Of a DNA stretch of 64,000 nt, positions 32,191 to 42,384 are shown in pieces. The stretch is from Polyangia bacterium (GTDB taxonomy: Bacteria > Myxococcota_A > Polyangia > Fen-1088). Position numbers and translations under genes: made by a program. The stretch is from the NCBI GenBank assembly GCA_035696125.1, contig DASRQZ010000072.1:7366-71365 (forward strand). The letters run 5' to 3'. Every line of letters begins with the position of its first letter. Position 1 is the first letter of the stretch. Under the pieces are notes generated by a model that was given only the letters and a program-made list of their open reading frames with translations, was not told the DNA's origin and made no database searches.

Positions 32191-32805
32191 GTGACCGACG
32201 CAGCACCCGCGGCCCAACCCACCTCTGCCCCCGCGCGAGGTTCCCTGGCTCGATCCTGGCCGATCGCTCTGACCCTGGCCGCGCTGGCCTACGTCAGCGT
32301 TCGCTTCTTTCAGGCCACACACGACGGCATCGGAAAGGCGCGCGTCAACGCCTGCCGCGCGCTGGCGCCCGATCCGGTGCCGCCGTTTCTGCAGAACCGC
32401 GACGCGCCCGACTTCCAGCTGCCCGACGCCAGCGGCAAGCTGGTGTCGCTGAGCGCGCAGCGCGGCCACCCGGTGCTGGTCAACTTCTGGGCCACCTGGT
32501 GTCCGCCCTGCGTGGAGGAGGTGCCCGCCATGGAGGACCTGGCGAGGCGGCTCGAGAAGACCGACATCCGCCTGCTCGCGGTCAGCGTCGACGAGAGCTG
32601 GGACATCGTGCGCAAGTTCTTCGTCAACGGCACCAGGATGGGCGTGCTGCTCGACCTCAGCAAGAACGTCCCCAAGAGCTTTGGCACCGAGAAGTTCCCC
32701 GAGAGCTTCATGGTCGACGCCAGCGGCAAGGTGCGCCACTACTTCATCAACAAGCGCGACTGGTCCAAGCCCGAAGCGATCGCCTGTCTCGAGAGCCTGC
32801 GATGA
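32191..32805 (+). CDS. TlpA/ResA-like periplasmic thiol-disulfide oxidoreductase (thioredoxin fold)
   Basis: N-terminal membrane anchor. [13 protein letters not shown] active site (WCPPC). Confidence 0.85.
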   Translation: MTDAAPAAQPTSAPARGSLARSWPIALTLAALAYVSVRFFQATHDGIGKARVNACRALAPDPVPPFLQNRDAPDFQLPDASGKLVSLSAQRGHPVLVNFWATWCPPCVEEVPAMEDLARRLEKTDIRLLAVSVDESWDIVRKFFVNGTRMGVLLDLSKNVPKSFGTEKFPESFMVDASGKVRHYFINKRDWSKPEAIACLESLR

Positions 32806-34082
32806 CCGGCCTGCCGGGGCCGACCGCCGGCCCTCTGTCTGCGCCGGCGCCGGCAGCCCCGGCCGCGTCCGGCCCGACGCCGACCGCGCACACACCGCGC
32901 GGCATCCCGCCGCTGCCGCTGCTCACCGTGATCAACTTCTTCAATTACCTGGATCGCCAGGTGGTGTACGGCATGACGCCGTTGATCGGCGAGAGCTTCC
33001 ACCTGTCGCCGCTGGAGCTGGGGCTGCTGGCCACGGTGAATCTGATGGTGTTCGCGTTCGCGTCGCTGGTGTCGGGTCCAATCGCCGACCGCGTGGGACC
33101 ACGCAAGGTGATCTTCGCGGGCATCCTCATCTGGTCCGTCGCTACCATCGGGTCGGCGCTGTCGACCTCCTACGCCATGTTGATGATCTTCCGCGCGCTG
33201 GTGGGCGTGGGTGAGGGCGCCTACGGCCCGAGCGCCAACACCCTGCTGTGCGCCGACGCCGACCCGGCAAAGCGCGGGCGCGCGCTGGGCATCTACAACG
33301 TCGGCATGGCGGTCGGCGGCACCAGCGGCCTGGCGCTGGGCGCGATCCTGGCGCCGCACCTGGGCTGGCGCGGCGTGTTCTGGCTCGCGGGCGGCCCGTC
33401 GGTGCTGCTGGCGCTGATGTCGGCGTTCATCGCCGCGCCGGCGCGGCTACCGCGTCCGGCGACCTTGCCGGCGCGCGCGTATCTCCTGTCGACCAACTAC
33501 ATCCTGGCGCTGGCCGGCGGGATCCTGGCCACCTTCGGCGCCAGCGGCCTGATCTTCTGGGCGCGCTGGCTGATCGTCGAGGAGCGCCGCTTCTCGGTCA
33601 TCGGAGGCAGCGCGTTCATGGGCTTGGCGGGCCTGGTGTGCGGCGTCGGCGGCGTGGTGGCCGGCGGCTACCTGGGTGACCGGCTGAGCCGGCGCGCGCG
33701 CGGCGGCCACGCACTGGCCATCGGCGTGTCGATGCTGATCGCTGTCCCCTTCGGCGTGGGGTGCCTGATGGTCTCTTACAAGCCGGCCTTCATGGCGCTG
33801 ACGGCGCTGGCGGTGTTCTGGCTGTCGGTCTACAACGGCCCGTCCGCGGCGGTGGTTGACGAGCTCGGCCCGCCGCAGTTCTCCGCCACCTTGCAGGCGG
33901 TGTTCATGTTCGGGCTGCACGTGCTGGGCAACTCGACCGCACCGCCGCTGGTCGGCCTGATCAAGAAGTACACCTCGGTCGCCAACGCGCTGCTGGTCAC
34001 CGTGCTGGCCTTCGGCCTGTCAGGGGCCCTGTTCATGATCGTCGCCCGCCGCCAGCGCCGCGGCCCGAGTTACGACACGTAA
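32802..34082 (+). CDS. MFS transporter
   Basis: ATG overlaps the tlpA-like stop (ATGA). 12 predicted TM helices and the MFS motif A-like GPIADRVGPRKV. 426 aa. Confidence 0.85.
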   Translation: MTGLPGPTAGPLSAPAPAAPAASGPTPTAHTPRGIPPLPLLTVINFFNYLDRQVVYGMTPLIGESFHLSPLELGLLATVNLMVFAFASLVSGPIADRVGPRKVIFAGILIWSVATIGSALSTSYAMLMIFRALVGVGEGAYGPSANTLLCADADPAKRGRALGIYNVGMAVGGTSGLALGAILAPHLGWRGVFWLAGGPSVLLALMSAFIAAPARLPRPATLPARAYLLSTNYILALAGGILATFGASGLIFWARWLIVEERRFSVIGGSAFMGLAGLVCGVGGVVAGGYLGDRLSRRARGGHALAIGVSMLIAVPFGVGCLMVSYKPAFMALTALAVFWLSVYNGPSAAVVDELGPPQFSATLQAVFMFGLHVLGNSTAPPLVGLIKKYTSVANALLVTVLAFGLSGALFMIVARRQRRGPSYDT

Positions 34083-34084
34083 GT

Positions 34085-34340
34085 CGCGTCTCGCAAGGCC
34101 TGCCCTCTCCCCCGGCCCTCTCCCGCGGACGGGCGAGGGTGACGCGTTCTTTGGCGTGGAGGTGGTTCGGCGCCTCCTCTCTCCGGGCCTCCCTCCCTCG
34201 ATTCCGGCGCCCCCACGGACGGTGAATCGAGGGAGGGAGGTCCGGAAAGTCGAGGCGCAGAACGACCGCAAGGCTCCAGAACCAGTCACCCTCGCCCGTC
34301 CGCGGGAGAGGGCCGGGGAGAGGGCAGGCCTTGCGAGACG
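34085..34340. repeat. ~255-bp nested palindromic element (58-bp near-perfect outer inverted repeat plus 17-bp inner inverted repeat)
   Basis: Outer arms 34085-34143 (CGCGTCTCGCAAGGCCTGCCCTCTCCCCCGGCCCTCTCCCGCGGACGGGCGAGGGTGAC) and 34283-34340 are reverse complements with one indel. Inner arms CCTCCCTCCCTCGATTC / GAATCGAGGGAGGGAGG around a 19-nt loop. Confidence 0.85.
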
Positions 34341-34397
34341 CGAGCCCCGCGCGACGAGCTCGAAGTGCGCCCCTGTAGTGCATAATGGCCGCTCGAG

Positions 34398-35126
34398 ATG
34401 TCCAGCGCAGCGCCCCCCTCGACGCAGACCTACTACGACCGGTTCTCCGCCACGTACGAGGCCGAGCGCCACCACGGGTACCACCAGCTGGTCGACGAGC
34501 TGGAGCTGCAACTGATCCGCCAGTACGGCAAGGGGCGCGATGTGTTCGAGGCCGGCTGCGGAACCGGCCTGCTGTTACGCGAGGCGGCGCAGGTCGCGCG
34601 CTCGGCGGTCGGGCTCGATCTGTCGCGCGGCATGCTGGGCACGGCGCGCGCGCGCGGGCTGCGCGTGGTGCAGGGTTCGCTCACCGAGGTGCCACTGCCG
34701 TCGGAGTCGGTCGATCTGGTCTACAGCATGAAGGTGCTGGCGCATATTCCGCCCATCGAGCAGGCGCTGGCCGAGCTGGCGCGCCTGGTGCGCCCCGGCG
34801 GCCACCTCCTGCTGGAGTTCTACAACCCTTACTCCCTGCGCTATCTGGCCAAGTGGATGGGCGGACCGGCGCGCATCGCGCACGGCACCACCGACCATGA
34901 TGTGTTCACCCGCTACGACACCGTCGGCAAGGCGCGCAGCTACCTGCCGGTCGGGGTGGAGCTGGTCGGCGTGCGCGGCGTCCGCATCATCACCCCGTCG
35001 GCCAAGGTGTTCGCCTTCCCGCCCGCCGGCAGGCTGTTCCGCTGGGCCGAGCACGCGGCCTGCGATCTGCCCGTGCTGCGCAAGCTGGGCGGCTTCCTGA
35101 TCCTGGTCGCGAGGAAACGGGCGTGA
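34398..35126 (+). CDS. Class I SAM-dependent methyltransferase
   Basis: Motif I VFEAGCGTGLL, a motif post-I acidic residue, and YSMKVLAHI / RPGGHLLL motifs of Methyltransf_11. A possible -10 CATAAT sits at 34378. Confidence 0.8.
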   Translation: MSSAAPPSTQTYYDRFSATYEAERHHGYHQLVDELELQLIRQYGKGRDVFEAGCGTGLLLREAAQVARSAVGLDLSRGMLGTARARGLRVVQGSLTEVPLPSESVDLVYSMKVLAHIPPIEQALAELARLVRPGGHLLLEFYNPYSLRYLAKWMGGPARIAHGTTDHDVFTRYDTVGKARSYLPVGVELVGVRGVRIITPSAKVFAFPPAGRLFRWAEHAACDLPVLRKLGGFLILVARKRA

Positions 35127-35145
35127 GCATCGCCGGCGGCGGGAG

Positions 35146-36594
35146 ATGAGCGCGGCTGCCCCGCGCGGCACGATCCTGGTCGTCGACGATGAGCGCTCGA
35201 TGCGCGAGATGCTTGCGCTCTACCTGTCGCGCGCGGGCCACGCTGTCGAGTCGGCGGGCAGCGGCGCCGAGGCAAGGCGCGCGCTGGCGGCCCGGGAGCG
35301 CGATCTGGTGATCACCGATCTGCAGATGCCCGACGCCAGCGGCCTCGATGTGCTGGCCGAGTGCAAGGCGCTGCACCCCGAGACCCAGGTGGTGGTGGTC
35401 ACCGCCTACGCCACCGCCGAAACCGCGATCGCGGCCATGAAGGCTGGCGCCTACGACTACCTGGTCAAGCCGTTCAAGCTCGACGAGGTCGGCCTGGTGG
35501 TCGAGCGCGCGCTCGAGCGGCGCCAGCTGATGCGCCAGAACGTCGCGCTGCGCGACGAGATCAAGGGCCGCTACCGCCTGGACCGCCTGCTGGGCAAGTC
35601 GGCGGCGATGCAGCGGGTCTTCGATATGCTGCGCAAGATCGCGCCCGCGCGCACCAGCGTGCTGCTGGTCGGCGAATCGGGCACCGGCAAGGAGCTGGCG
35701 GCGCGCGCCCTGCATGAGCTGTCGCCACGCGTCGAGCACGCCTTCGTGGCCATCAACTGCGGCGCCATCCCCGAGACCCTGATCGAGTCGGAGCTGTTCG
35801 GGCACGTGAAGGGATCGTTCACCGGCGCCACCGCCGACAAGGCCGGCCTGTTCGAGGCCGCGCACGGCGGCACCCTGATGCTCGACGAGGTCGCCGAGCT
35901 GCCGCTCGGCATGCAGGTCAAGCTCCTGCGCGTCTTGCAGGAGCGCAAGGTCAAGCCGGTGGGCGGCGTCAGCGAGCGCGAGGTCGACGTGCGCGTGGTC
36001 GCCGCCACCAACCGCGACCTCGAGACCGAGGTCGAGAAGGGGACCTTCCGCCAGGACCTGTACTACCGCCTCAACGTCATCCAGGTGCGCATGCCACCCC
36101 TGCGCGAGCGGCGGGAGGACGTGCCGCTGCTGGTCGATCACTTCGTGAAGAAGTTCGCCGCCGAGCACGCGCAGCCCATCGCGGGCGTCGACGCCGACGC
36201 CATGGCGGTGCTGACCGCCCACAACTTCCCGGGCAATGTGCGCGAGCTCGAGAATCTGGTCGAGCGCGCCGTCACCCTGGCCAGCGACGGGCGCATCACC
36301 GCCGATGCGCTGCCCGACCTGTCGCGCCCCGAGCGCGCCGCCGCCGCCGGGCCCGACCTGCCCGCGATGGGGTTCGACCTCGAGCGCGAGCTGGACAGCT
36401 TCGAGCGCGGCTTCTTGCTCAAGGCGCTGGACCGCACCGGCGGCAACCGAACGCTGGCGGCTCGCCTGCTGGGAGTCTCGTTCCGCTCGCTGCGCTACCG
36501 ACTGTCCAAGCTCGGCATCTCGGGCGGCGAGGACCTGGACGCCAGCCTGACCGCGGGCGACCGCGACGACAAGAAGGGAGATCCGACGCCGTGA
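35146..36594 (+). CDS. Sigma-54-dependent response regulator (NtrC family: receiver + AAA+ sigma-54 activator + Fis-type HTH)
   Basis: Receiver with phospho-acceptor Asp ([10 protein letters not shown]). Walker [15 protein letters not shown]-equivalent GSFTGA. ESELFGH. C-terminal HTH ([19 protein letters not shown]). Confidence 0.9.
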   Translation: MSAAAPRGTILVVDDERSMREMLALYLSRAGHAVESAGSGAEARRALAARERDLVITDLQMPDASGLDVLAECKALHPETQVVVVTAYATAETAIAAMKAGAYDYLVKPFKLDEVGLVVERALERRQLMRQNVALRDEIKGRYRLDRLLGKSAAMQRVFDMLRKIAPARTSVLLVGESGTGKELAARALHELSPRVEHAFVAINCGAIPETLIESELFGHVKGSFTGATADKAGLFEAAHGGTLMLDEVAELPLGMQVKLLRVLQERKVKPVGGVSEREVDVRVVAATNRDLETEVEKGTFRQDLYYRLNVIQVRMPPLRERREDVPLLVDHFVKKFAAEHAQPIAGVDADAMAVLTAHNFPGNVRELENLVERAVTLASDGRITADALPDLSRPERAAAAGPDLPAMGFDLERELDSFERGFLLKALDRTGGNRTLAARLLGVSFRSLRYRLSKLGISGGEDLDASLTAGDRDDKKGDPTP

Positions 36595-37490
36595 CCGCCG
36601 GCGCCCATCCGGTGCGGCCGCGCGCGCACCCGCTGGCCGTCACGCTCATCATCGCGGTCACCCTGCTGGTGCTGGCGGCGACGCGGGCCACGCTGCTGGG
36701 GACGCTGGCCCGACGCGCGACCTGGCCGGCCGAGGACGACACCCTGGCGCTGCCGACCGCCACGGCGGTGCGCGTCGCCAGCCTGGGCCATACCGAGCTG
36801 GCCGCCGACCTGATCGCGGCCCGCGCCAACGTCTACTTCGGCGCGCAGATCGCCGCGCGCGGCGACCACCGTTGGCTGGAGCGCTACCTCACCGCCGCGC
36901 TCGACCTCGACCCTCAATTCCACGGCCTGTACCGGCGCGGGGCCACCATGCTGGTCTACACCGGCAAGGAGTTCTCGATCGATGCGCTGCTGGCCGCCGA
37001 CAGGATCCTGGCGCGCGGCGTGCGCGCCTTCCCCAGCGACTGGGAGATCTGGTTCCAGCAGGGTTTCAATCTGTTGTTCGAGCTGCCGCCGCTGGCGGGC
37101 GAAGACGACCCGCGGGTGCCGGGGTGGCGCGAGCGCGGCGTCGAGTCGTTGCGCCAGGCCACGCTGCTGGACGGGGCGCCGCCCTGGCTGCCCAACCTGG
37201 CCGCGCAGATGCTGACCAGGCAGGGCGGCGACGCGCTGGCGCTGCGCCACCTGGAGCATACCTACGCGGTGACCAGCGATCCGGCGACCCGGGAGCAGAT
37301 CCGGCGCAAGCTGGAGGCGCTGCACGGACCGGCGCTCGCGGCCGAGCTGGCGCGCGAGGCGGCCGACCTGCGCCGCCTGGTCGAGCAGCGCTACCCCTAC
37401 GCGCCCGAGGCGTACTCACTGGTCGCTGGCCCCCGCTTTACCTGGAACCCTGGGACGACGGAAAAGTTCGACCAAGCCGATAGCATGTGA
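36591..37490 (+). CDS. Hypothetical N-terminally membrane-anchored protein
   Basis: GTG start overlapping the regulator stop (GTGA). TM LAVTLIIAVTLLVLAA. The rest is predicted helical and soluble. No recognizable domain. Confidence 0.55.
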   Translation: MTAGAHPVRPRAHPLAVTLIIAVTLLVLAATRATLLGTLARRATWPAEDDTLALPTATAVRVASLGHTELAADLIAARANVYFGAQIAARGDHRWLERYLTAALDLDPQFHGLYRRGATMLVYTGKEFSIDALLAADRILARGVRAFPSDWEIWFQQGFNLLFELPPLAGEDDPRVPGWRERGVESLRQATLLDGAPPWLPNLAAQMLTRQGGDALALRHLEHTYAVTSDPATREQIRRKLEALHGPALAAELAREAADLRRLVEQRYPYAPEAYSLVAGPRFTWNPGTTEKFDQADSM

Positions 37491-37512
37491 TCGCGTCGAG
37501 CGGAGCGCGGCT

Positions 37513-37529
37513 TGCCGCGCGGAGCTCAT
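37513..37529 (+). promoter_or_regulatory. Candidate sigma-54 (-24/-12) promoter upstream of the methyltransferase gene at 37590
   Basis: cGGagcgcggcTTGCc has GG (37515-16) and GC (37527-28) at the canonical 10-nt spacing and keeps TTGC. 8 of 12 consensus positions of TGGCACG-N4-TTGCW match. Lies ~60 nt upstream of the GTG start. Confidence 0.25.
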
Positions 37530-37589
37530 CGCGGGGGGTGTGCGACCCTCTGAGGGTCCCAGAGTAAGAGTACGTGATAAGACCGAGCG

Positions 37590-38231
37590 GTGAGCCTGAC
37601 CCTGGACCTCCCGGCGCAGGGCGTCCTGCGCCCCAACGACGCCCACGATCCCCTACCGTACTATTACCACCCCTGGGTCGGCTGGCTCTACCGCCACCGG
37701 TTGCAGATGGGCCTCGACCTGCTGCCGTCGGACGGAACGCGCGTGCTTGAGATCGGGGTCGGCAGCGGCGTGCTGGTGCCCACGCTGACCAGGCGCTACC
37801 GCGAGTACACCGGCACCGACCTGACGCTGGCCTCGGGGCTGGAAGCACTGGTGTCGCCGGGATGCACGGCGCGCTTCGCCGCCGCGGATCTGTTGAGCGA
37901 CCGCGATCTGCCGGCCAGGCACTTTGACGCCATCGTTTGCTTCTCGGTGCTGGAGCACATCGCCGACGCCGACGGGGCCGCGCGCGGCCTGGCGCGCGCG
38001 CTGGCGCCCGGCGGCACGCTGGTCACCGGATATCCGATGGTGAGCCCGCTCATGACGCGGGCCTTCGATCTGATCGGCTTCCGCGGAATCGACGAGCATC
38101 ACGTCAGCCCGCCGGTGCGCATCGCGGCCGCGCTGGGCCGCGTGCTCCGCCCGGTCGCGCGGGTCGCCTTTCCGCCCCTGGCGCCCGTCGCCGCCGCGCT
38201 GTACCAGTGCAGCGCCTGGCGCCAGGAATAG
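37590..38231 (+). CDS. Class I SAM-dependent methyltransferase
   Basis: GTG start. Motif I VLEIGVGSGVL. IVCFSVLEHI and APGGTLV motifs. Confidence 0.75.
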   Translation: MSLTLDLPAQGVLRPNDAHDPLPYYYHPWVGWLYRHRLQMGLDLLPSDGTRVLEIGVGSGVLVPTLTRRYREYTGTDLTLASGLEALVSPGCTARFAAADLLSDRDLPARHFDAIVCFSVLEHIADADGAARGLARALAPGGTLVTGYPMVSPLMTRAFDLIGFRGIDEHHVSPPVRIAAALGRVLRPVARVAFPPLAPVAAALYQCSAWRQE

Positions 38232-38364
38232 AGTCAAAAAATTTATTTACCCAGGTTTCAGTGTCCCGCGACTTGTTTCCGCGTGGTAAACGCGACGCTA
38301 ATTCTTCTCGCAGCCCCGCCGACGAGAGCCGCGAGGGGTACACTTCGGACACTGATACAACGCC

Positions 38365-39402
38365 ATGAGCAGCAACGGTGACATACCGGCCGGAACTCGA
38401 CGCCAGATCGCGGGCCAGTGGCGCTTTTTCTACGACGGCTACTGGATCAAGGCCTACGACCCGCCCGCCGACACGCTGGCCGCCAAGAAGGCGCTCATCG
38501 AGGGCCTGACGCGTCGGCTGTTCAACCACGTCGAGCACGGGCTGAACATCCCCGGTTTCCGGCTGGAAGAGGCGCGCCGCGCCTTCGAGGCCGAGACCGA
38601 TCCCCAAAAGCAGCGGGTCAAGGGCGCGATGCTGGCCGGCGCGCTGTTCAACCGCGCGACCCAGGTGTTCACCAAGGTGGTCGACATCCAGGCGCTGGGC
38701 CTGGAGATCCGATCGGACAACGCGCTCATGCGCCAGTGCAGCGAGCACCTGCAAGAGGCGCTGGCGCTGGGCAAGATGGTCCTCCACCGCAGCGGCGAGG
38801 AGGGCATCGACGAGCTGTGGGGCGAACCATTCAAAGCGTTCGCTTTCCCCATCGAGGACTTTTACCGCAGCCGCTACATCAAGATCGCGCAGACCATGCG
38901 CGCGATCGACGTCATCGCCGAGGTCATCGTGCGCACCTTTGACGGGCTGGCGATGTTCAACGGCATCGCGACGCTGGTCGCCGATCTGGCCAAGACCGCG
39001 CGCGCCAAGTGCGAGACCCTGCACACCGACGCCGATATCTTCGACGTGTGGGCGTCGTTCGTCGCTGCCTCCGAACGACTGTCCTGTTTCCGCCCGCTGA
39101 TGCCGGCGCAGCCGTCGCTTGCCGATGAGCACTACGCCTGGCAGGGGCGCGAGCTGATTCGCGCCGGTAAGGACCTGATCTCGTACATCACCCGCGCGCG
39201 GGTCCCCATGCCCAAGAGCACCCGCGAATGGGTCGAACGCTGCAAGCATTACCGCCAGTCGCTGGGCGTCGAGGCTGCCGCTGCCGAGCTGGCAGCGGCA
39301 GCAGCGTCAGCGCCGTCAGAGCTGGCGGCGTCGCGCGCCTACCGATCAGGTGAAGCCGACGTCAGTGGCGCCAGAGCTTCCGCCGCCACCCCCCCAAGGT
39401 AG
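38365..39402 (+). CDS. Hypothetical protein (no recognizable domain)
   Basis: 345 aa with balanced composition. Last gene of the plus-strand methyltransferase/sigma-54-activator operon. Ala-rich C-terminal tail. Confidence 0.6.
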   Translation: MSSNGDIPAGTRRQIAGQWRFFYDGYWIKAYDPPADTLAAKKALIEGLTRRLFNHVEHGLNIPGFRLEEARRAFEAETDPQKQRVKGAMLAGALFNRATQVFTKVVDIQALGLEIRSDNALMRQCSEHLQEALALGKMVLHRSGEEGIDELWGEPFKAFAFPIEDFYRSRYIKIAQTMRAIDVIAEVIVRTFDGLAMFNGIATLVADLAKTARAKCETLHTDADIFDVWASFVAASERLSCFRPLMPAQPSLADEHYAWQGRELIRAGKDLISYITRARVPMPKSTREWVERCKHYRQSLGVEAAAAELAAAAASAPSELAASRAYRSGEADVSGARASAATPPR

Positions 39403-39407
39403 ACACG

Positions 39408-39485
39408 AAGCCAGATACCAAGCCAGACACGACGCCAGATACGAAGCCAGACACGACGCTAGACGCGAAGCCAGACCCGAAGATC
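39408..39485. repeat. Tandem 12-bp repeat array (about 6.5 units, consensus ACGAAGCCAGAC)
   Basis: ACGAAGCCAGAT ACCAAGCCAGAC ACGACGCCAGAT ACGAAGCCAGAC ACGACGCTAGAC GCGAAGCCAGAC CCGAAG. Begins 6 bp after the stop of the 38365 gene, inside a 575-bp gap with no supported gene. Confidence 0.8.
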
Positions 39486-39976
39486 GCCGCCAGGCGCGAC
39501 AGGGGATGCCGCCAGCCCTGGCTCTCCGATTCGTAGATCGCCTTCTGCGCCAGCAGCTGTGCGCGCACGCCTTCGCAGTCGCCCTCCCCGGCCCCGGCCC
39601 ATTTTCGGTTGCCCGCCATCGACTCCAGGTCTTCCCTCTGCCACCGCGTGTTCGACCTGCCGGCCACCGTACGTTTTGCTCCACCTGCTCCCCTGCCTGC
39701 ACTACCCTCGATTCCACCCCTCACGATCGTCTCCTTGGTTTGCCAGCGCTTCTTTCGGTCCGTCACACGCTCCGACGGAGCTGCCACGAATACAACGGCC
39801 CGACCCCCATTCATGACAGAACTAATCCAATCCGCGTCGCGTTGCAATGCGACGATGACTTTTTTGCGGGCCTCGACCGAAAATTATCCCGTCGGAAACA
39901 GGGTGGGCATGGCGCCCCATTCGGGCCGAAATCCCCGCCCGTTCAGCGAGGGAATTTCGCTCGCGCGCTTACGAGA

Positions 39977-40771
39977 TCAATTTCGCTCGATGACGACCAA
40001 GATCCGAAAACCGAAGAGCCGGAAAGCCGCGGACGGCAGGCGGCGCTCCAGCCCATGCAGCGCACGCCAGATGGGCATCGGTAACAGCGCCCGGCGCGAG
40101 AACCCTCCCGAGGCCGGGTAGCTCGGCCCTGCCAGGCGCTCCACCGATACGATCCGCAACGAGGGGAACGCGCGCGTGAACGCACGCCGCCGGCGGCCGA
40201 AGAGCACGGTCGGGATAGCTTGATTGGAGTCGAAGGGGTCGCGGTCGTCGTCGCCGCGGTCAGCCGCACCCGCCGCCGTCTCCGCCGCCTCCGTCACCAT
40301 CGCCAGCGGGTCGACCGCCATGTCGACCGGCTCTTCATGTAGGAATTTGTAGACGGGATACGACAACGGCGAGATCAACGGCTCGCACATCACCAGACGT
40401 CCGCCCGGGCGCAGCACGCGCGCCGCCTCGACGAAGAACCGGCGCGGCGCCGGCAGGTGATGGAGGACGTCGAACAGCACCAGCGCGCCGACGCTGCCGT
40501 CGGCGGCGCCGATGGCGTCGGCGCTGAGCGCGCGATCGTGCCAGGGCGCCGCGACGACGTCGGTGAGCTCCAGACCCGGGATGAAGCCGCGCGCGAAGCC
40601 GGGGCCCGATCCGAGCTCGATGCGCGGCCCCAGCTCGGCAGGCGGCAGCGCCGCGCCGATGCGGCCGTACCACTCCGCGTACAGCGCGCGCAGCGCCGGG
40701 TTCCGGTCCCAGGCCGCGCGGTGGCGTCGAAAGCGCTCCAGCGTCCTCTGGCGCTGCTGGACGGTGGGCAC
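39977..40771 (-). CDS. Class I SAM-dependent methyltransferase
   Basis: Motif I IELGSGPGF. VLFDVLHHL. RPGGRLVMCEP. 264 aa. Last gene of the minus-strand kinase operon. Confidence 0.7.
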   Translation of the reverse strand: MPTVQQRQRTLERFRRHRAAWDRNPALRALYAEWYGRIGAALPPAELGPRIELGSGPGFARGFIPGLELTDVVAAPWHDRALSADAIGAADGSVGALVLFDVLHHLPAPRRFFVEAARVLRPGGRLVMCEPLISPLSYPVYKFLHEEPVDMAVDPLAMVTEAAETAAGAADRGDDDRDPFDSNQAIPTVLFGRRRRAFTRAFPSLRIVSVERLAGPSYPASGGFSRRALLPMPIWRALHGLERRLPSAAFRLFGFRILVVIERN

Positions 40772-40788
40772 GCGTCAGCTCCGGCCGC

Positions 40789-42348
40789 TCAGACGAACTT
40801 CAGCTTGCGCGCCGCGACCGCCGACATGCGCAGCAACAGCCAGCCGTGTTTCCAGCGCGAGATGTTGGTCTCGCCGTAGGTGCGATCGCGGTAACGCACG
40901 GGGATCTCGGTGATCTTCAGATTCAGGCGCGCGGCGCCGAAGATGAGGTCGAAGTCGCCGAAGGGATCGAAATCGCCGAAGTAGTGGCGCGCGGCCGCGA
41001 TGCGCTCGTAGTCGGCCCGCCACAACACCTTGGTCCCACACAGCGTGTCCTTGATCGGCTGCTGCAAGAGGTAGCTGAACAGCTGCGAGAAGGCGACGTT
41101 GCCCATGCGGTTGAAGAACCGCATCGCGCCCGGCTCCATCGGGTAGACCAGACGCGTGCCCTGCACGAAGTCGCCGTGCCCGCGCGCCGCGATCTCGAAG
41201 AACTCCGGCAGATCCTCGGGCGGGACGGTGAGGTCGGCGTCGAGGATCATGAGCAGGTCACCCGACGCCTTGGAGAAGCCCAGGCGAACCGCGTCGCCCT
41301 TGCCCTTGCCGGTCTGCTGATAGGCGCTCAGCTTCAGCGGACCACGGTAGTTCGCGATGCAGTCCTGGATCGTCTGCCAGGTTCCGTCGGTCGACCCGCC
41401 CTCGACGAAGATCAGCTCGGTGCCGCCGCCCATGACCGGCGTGCGATCGATCGCGCCCTTCACGTTGCCCGCCTCGTTGCGTGTCGGCACGATCACGCTC
41501 ACGCTGGCGTTGCTGCCGCCCCGTCGGCGCGCGGGCGTCGCCGCCGCGGCCGCGACCAGCGGGCGCTCACGCTCGCGCAGCACGTAGACCCGGTACAGCG
41601 ACAGGCGCGTGAAGCCGGGAACGCGCACCAGGTAGCGATTCAAGAGCGACGACGCGCCCGGCACCTCCAGCGGGAGGATCAGGCGATCCTCGTAGCGCAC
41701 CACCTCGAGGCCGGTGATGTCGAACAGGTTGCGGAAATCGGTTTCGGTCAGCCAGTTCGAGGTCGGCGCCCGGCGTTTCCACCCCGCCAGCTCGGCCACG
41801 CGCGCCGGCGTCTCCCAGAAATAGTTGAACGCGGTGAGGTAGATGCGTCCGCCTGCCGACAGGCGGCGGCGCAGCCCGGCCAGGAGCGCGCGGATGTCGA
41901 GCACACTGTGGCACAGGCGGTCGCAGACAATCGCGTCCCACAGGCGGGGTTCGGCCCCGGTCTTGGCGCCCGGTAGCGGCTCGGGCGCCGTGGCGTCGTC
42001 GACCTCGAAGGCGATGTCGGGATGGCGGATGCGCGCGCGGTCGATCATCTCGGGCAGGAAATCGATGCCCTTGCGCACCGGGTTCGGCAGCGACGCCAGC
42101 AGATCGCCGAGGCCGCAGCCCGCCTCCAGCACCGTCGCGTCGCCCGGGATCAGCCGCGCCAGCGAGGTTTGCAGATCCGCGTCCATGAAGTCGCGCGCCG
42201 CCGGGTGATGGGGCGCCTCACCTGCGCGACGAAAGTAGTCGCGCCAGGCCGCGCTCAGCGCGTGGGAACGCGAGGGCGGCGCCCCGGCGGTCGAGAGGCC
42301 GCCGGCCGCCGCCGCTTCGCGGTTGAGATCGGACGCCCGACTGCTCAT
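40789..42348 (-). CDS. Fusion protein: N-terminal class I SAM methyltransferase + C-terminal family-2 glycosyltransferase (dolichyl/polyprenyl-phosphate sugar synthase-like)
   Basis: MTase motif I VLEAGCGLGDL in the N-terminal half. GT2 signatures VSVIVPTRNE, DADLTVPPEDL and QGTRLVY in the C-terminal half. 519 aa. Confidence 0.85.
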   Translation of the reverse strand: MSSRASDLNREAAAAGGLSTAGAPPSRSHALSAAWRDYFRRAGEAPHHPAARDFMDADLQTSLARLIPGDATVLEAGCGLGDLLASLPNPVRKGIDFLPEMIDRARIRHPDIAFEVDDATAPEPLPGAKTGAEPRLWDAIVCDRLCHSVLDIRALLAGLRRRLSAGGRIYLTAFNYFWETPARVAELAGWKRRAPTSNWLTETDFRNLFDITGLEVVRYEDRLILPLEVPGASSLLNRYLVRVPGFTRLSLYRVYVLRERERPLVAAAAATPARRRGGSNASVSVIVPTRNEAGNVKGAIDRTPVMGGGTELIFVEGGSTDGTWQTIQDCIANYRGPLKLSAYQQTGKGKGDAVRLGFSKASGDLLMILDADLTVPPEDLPEFFEIAARGHGDFVQGTRLVYPMEPGAMRFFNRMGNVAFSQLFSYLLQQPIKDTLCGTKVLWRADYERIAAARHYFGDFDPFGDFDLIFGAARLNLKITEIPVRYRDRTYGETNISRWKHGWLLLRMSAVAARKLKFV

Positions 42349-42384
42349 GTCCTCACGCCCTCGTGGAGGTCGCCGGGCGACGCA

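Noticed and set aside
39408-39485. 12-bp tandem array as a CRISPR array
   Set aside because: The units are contiguous with no spacers, too short (12 bp), and degenerate. It is a simple tandem repeat.
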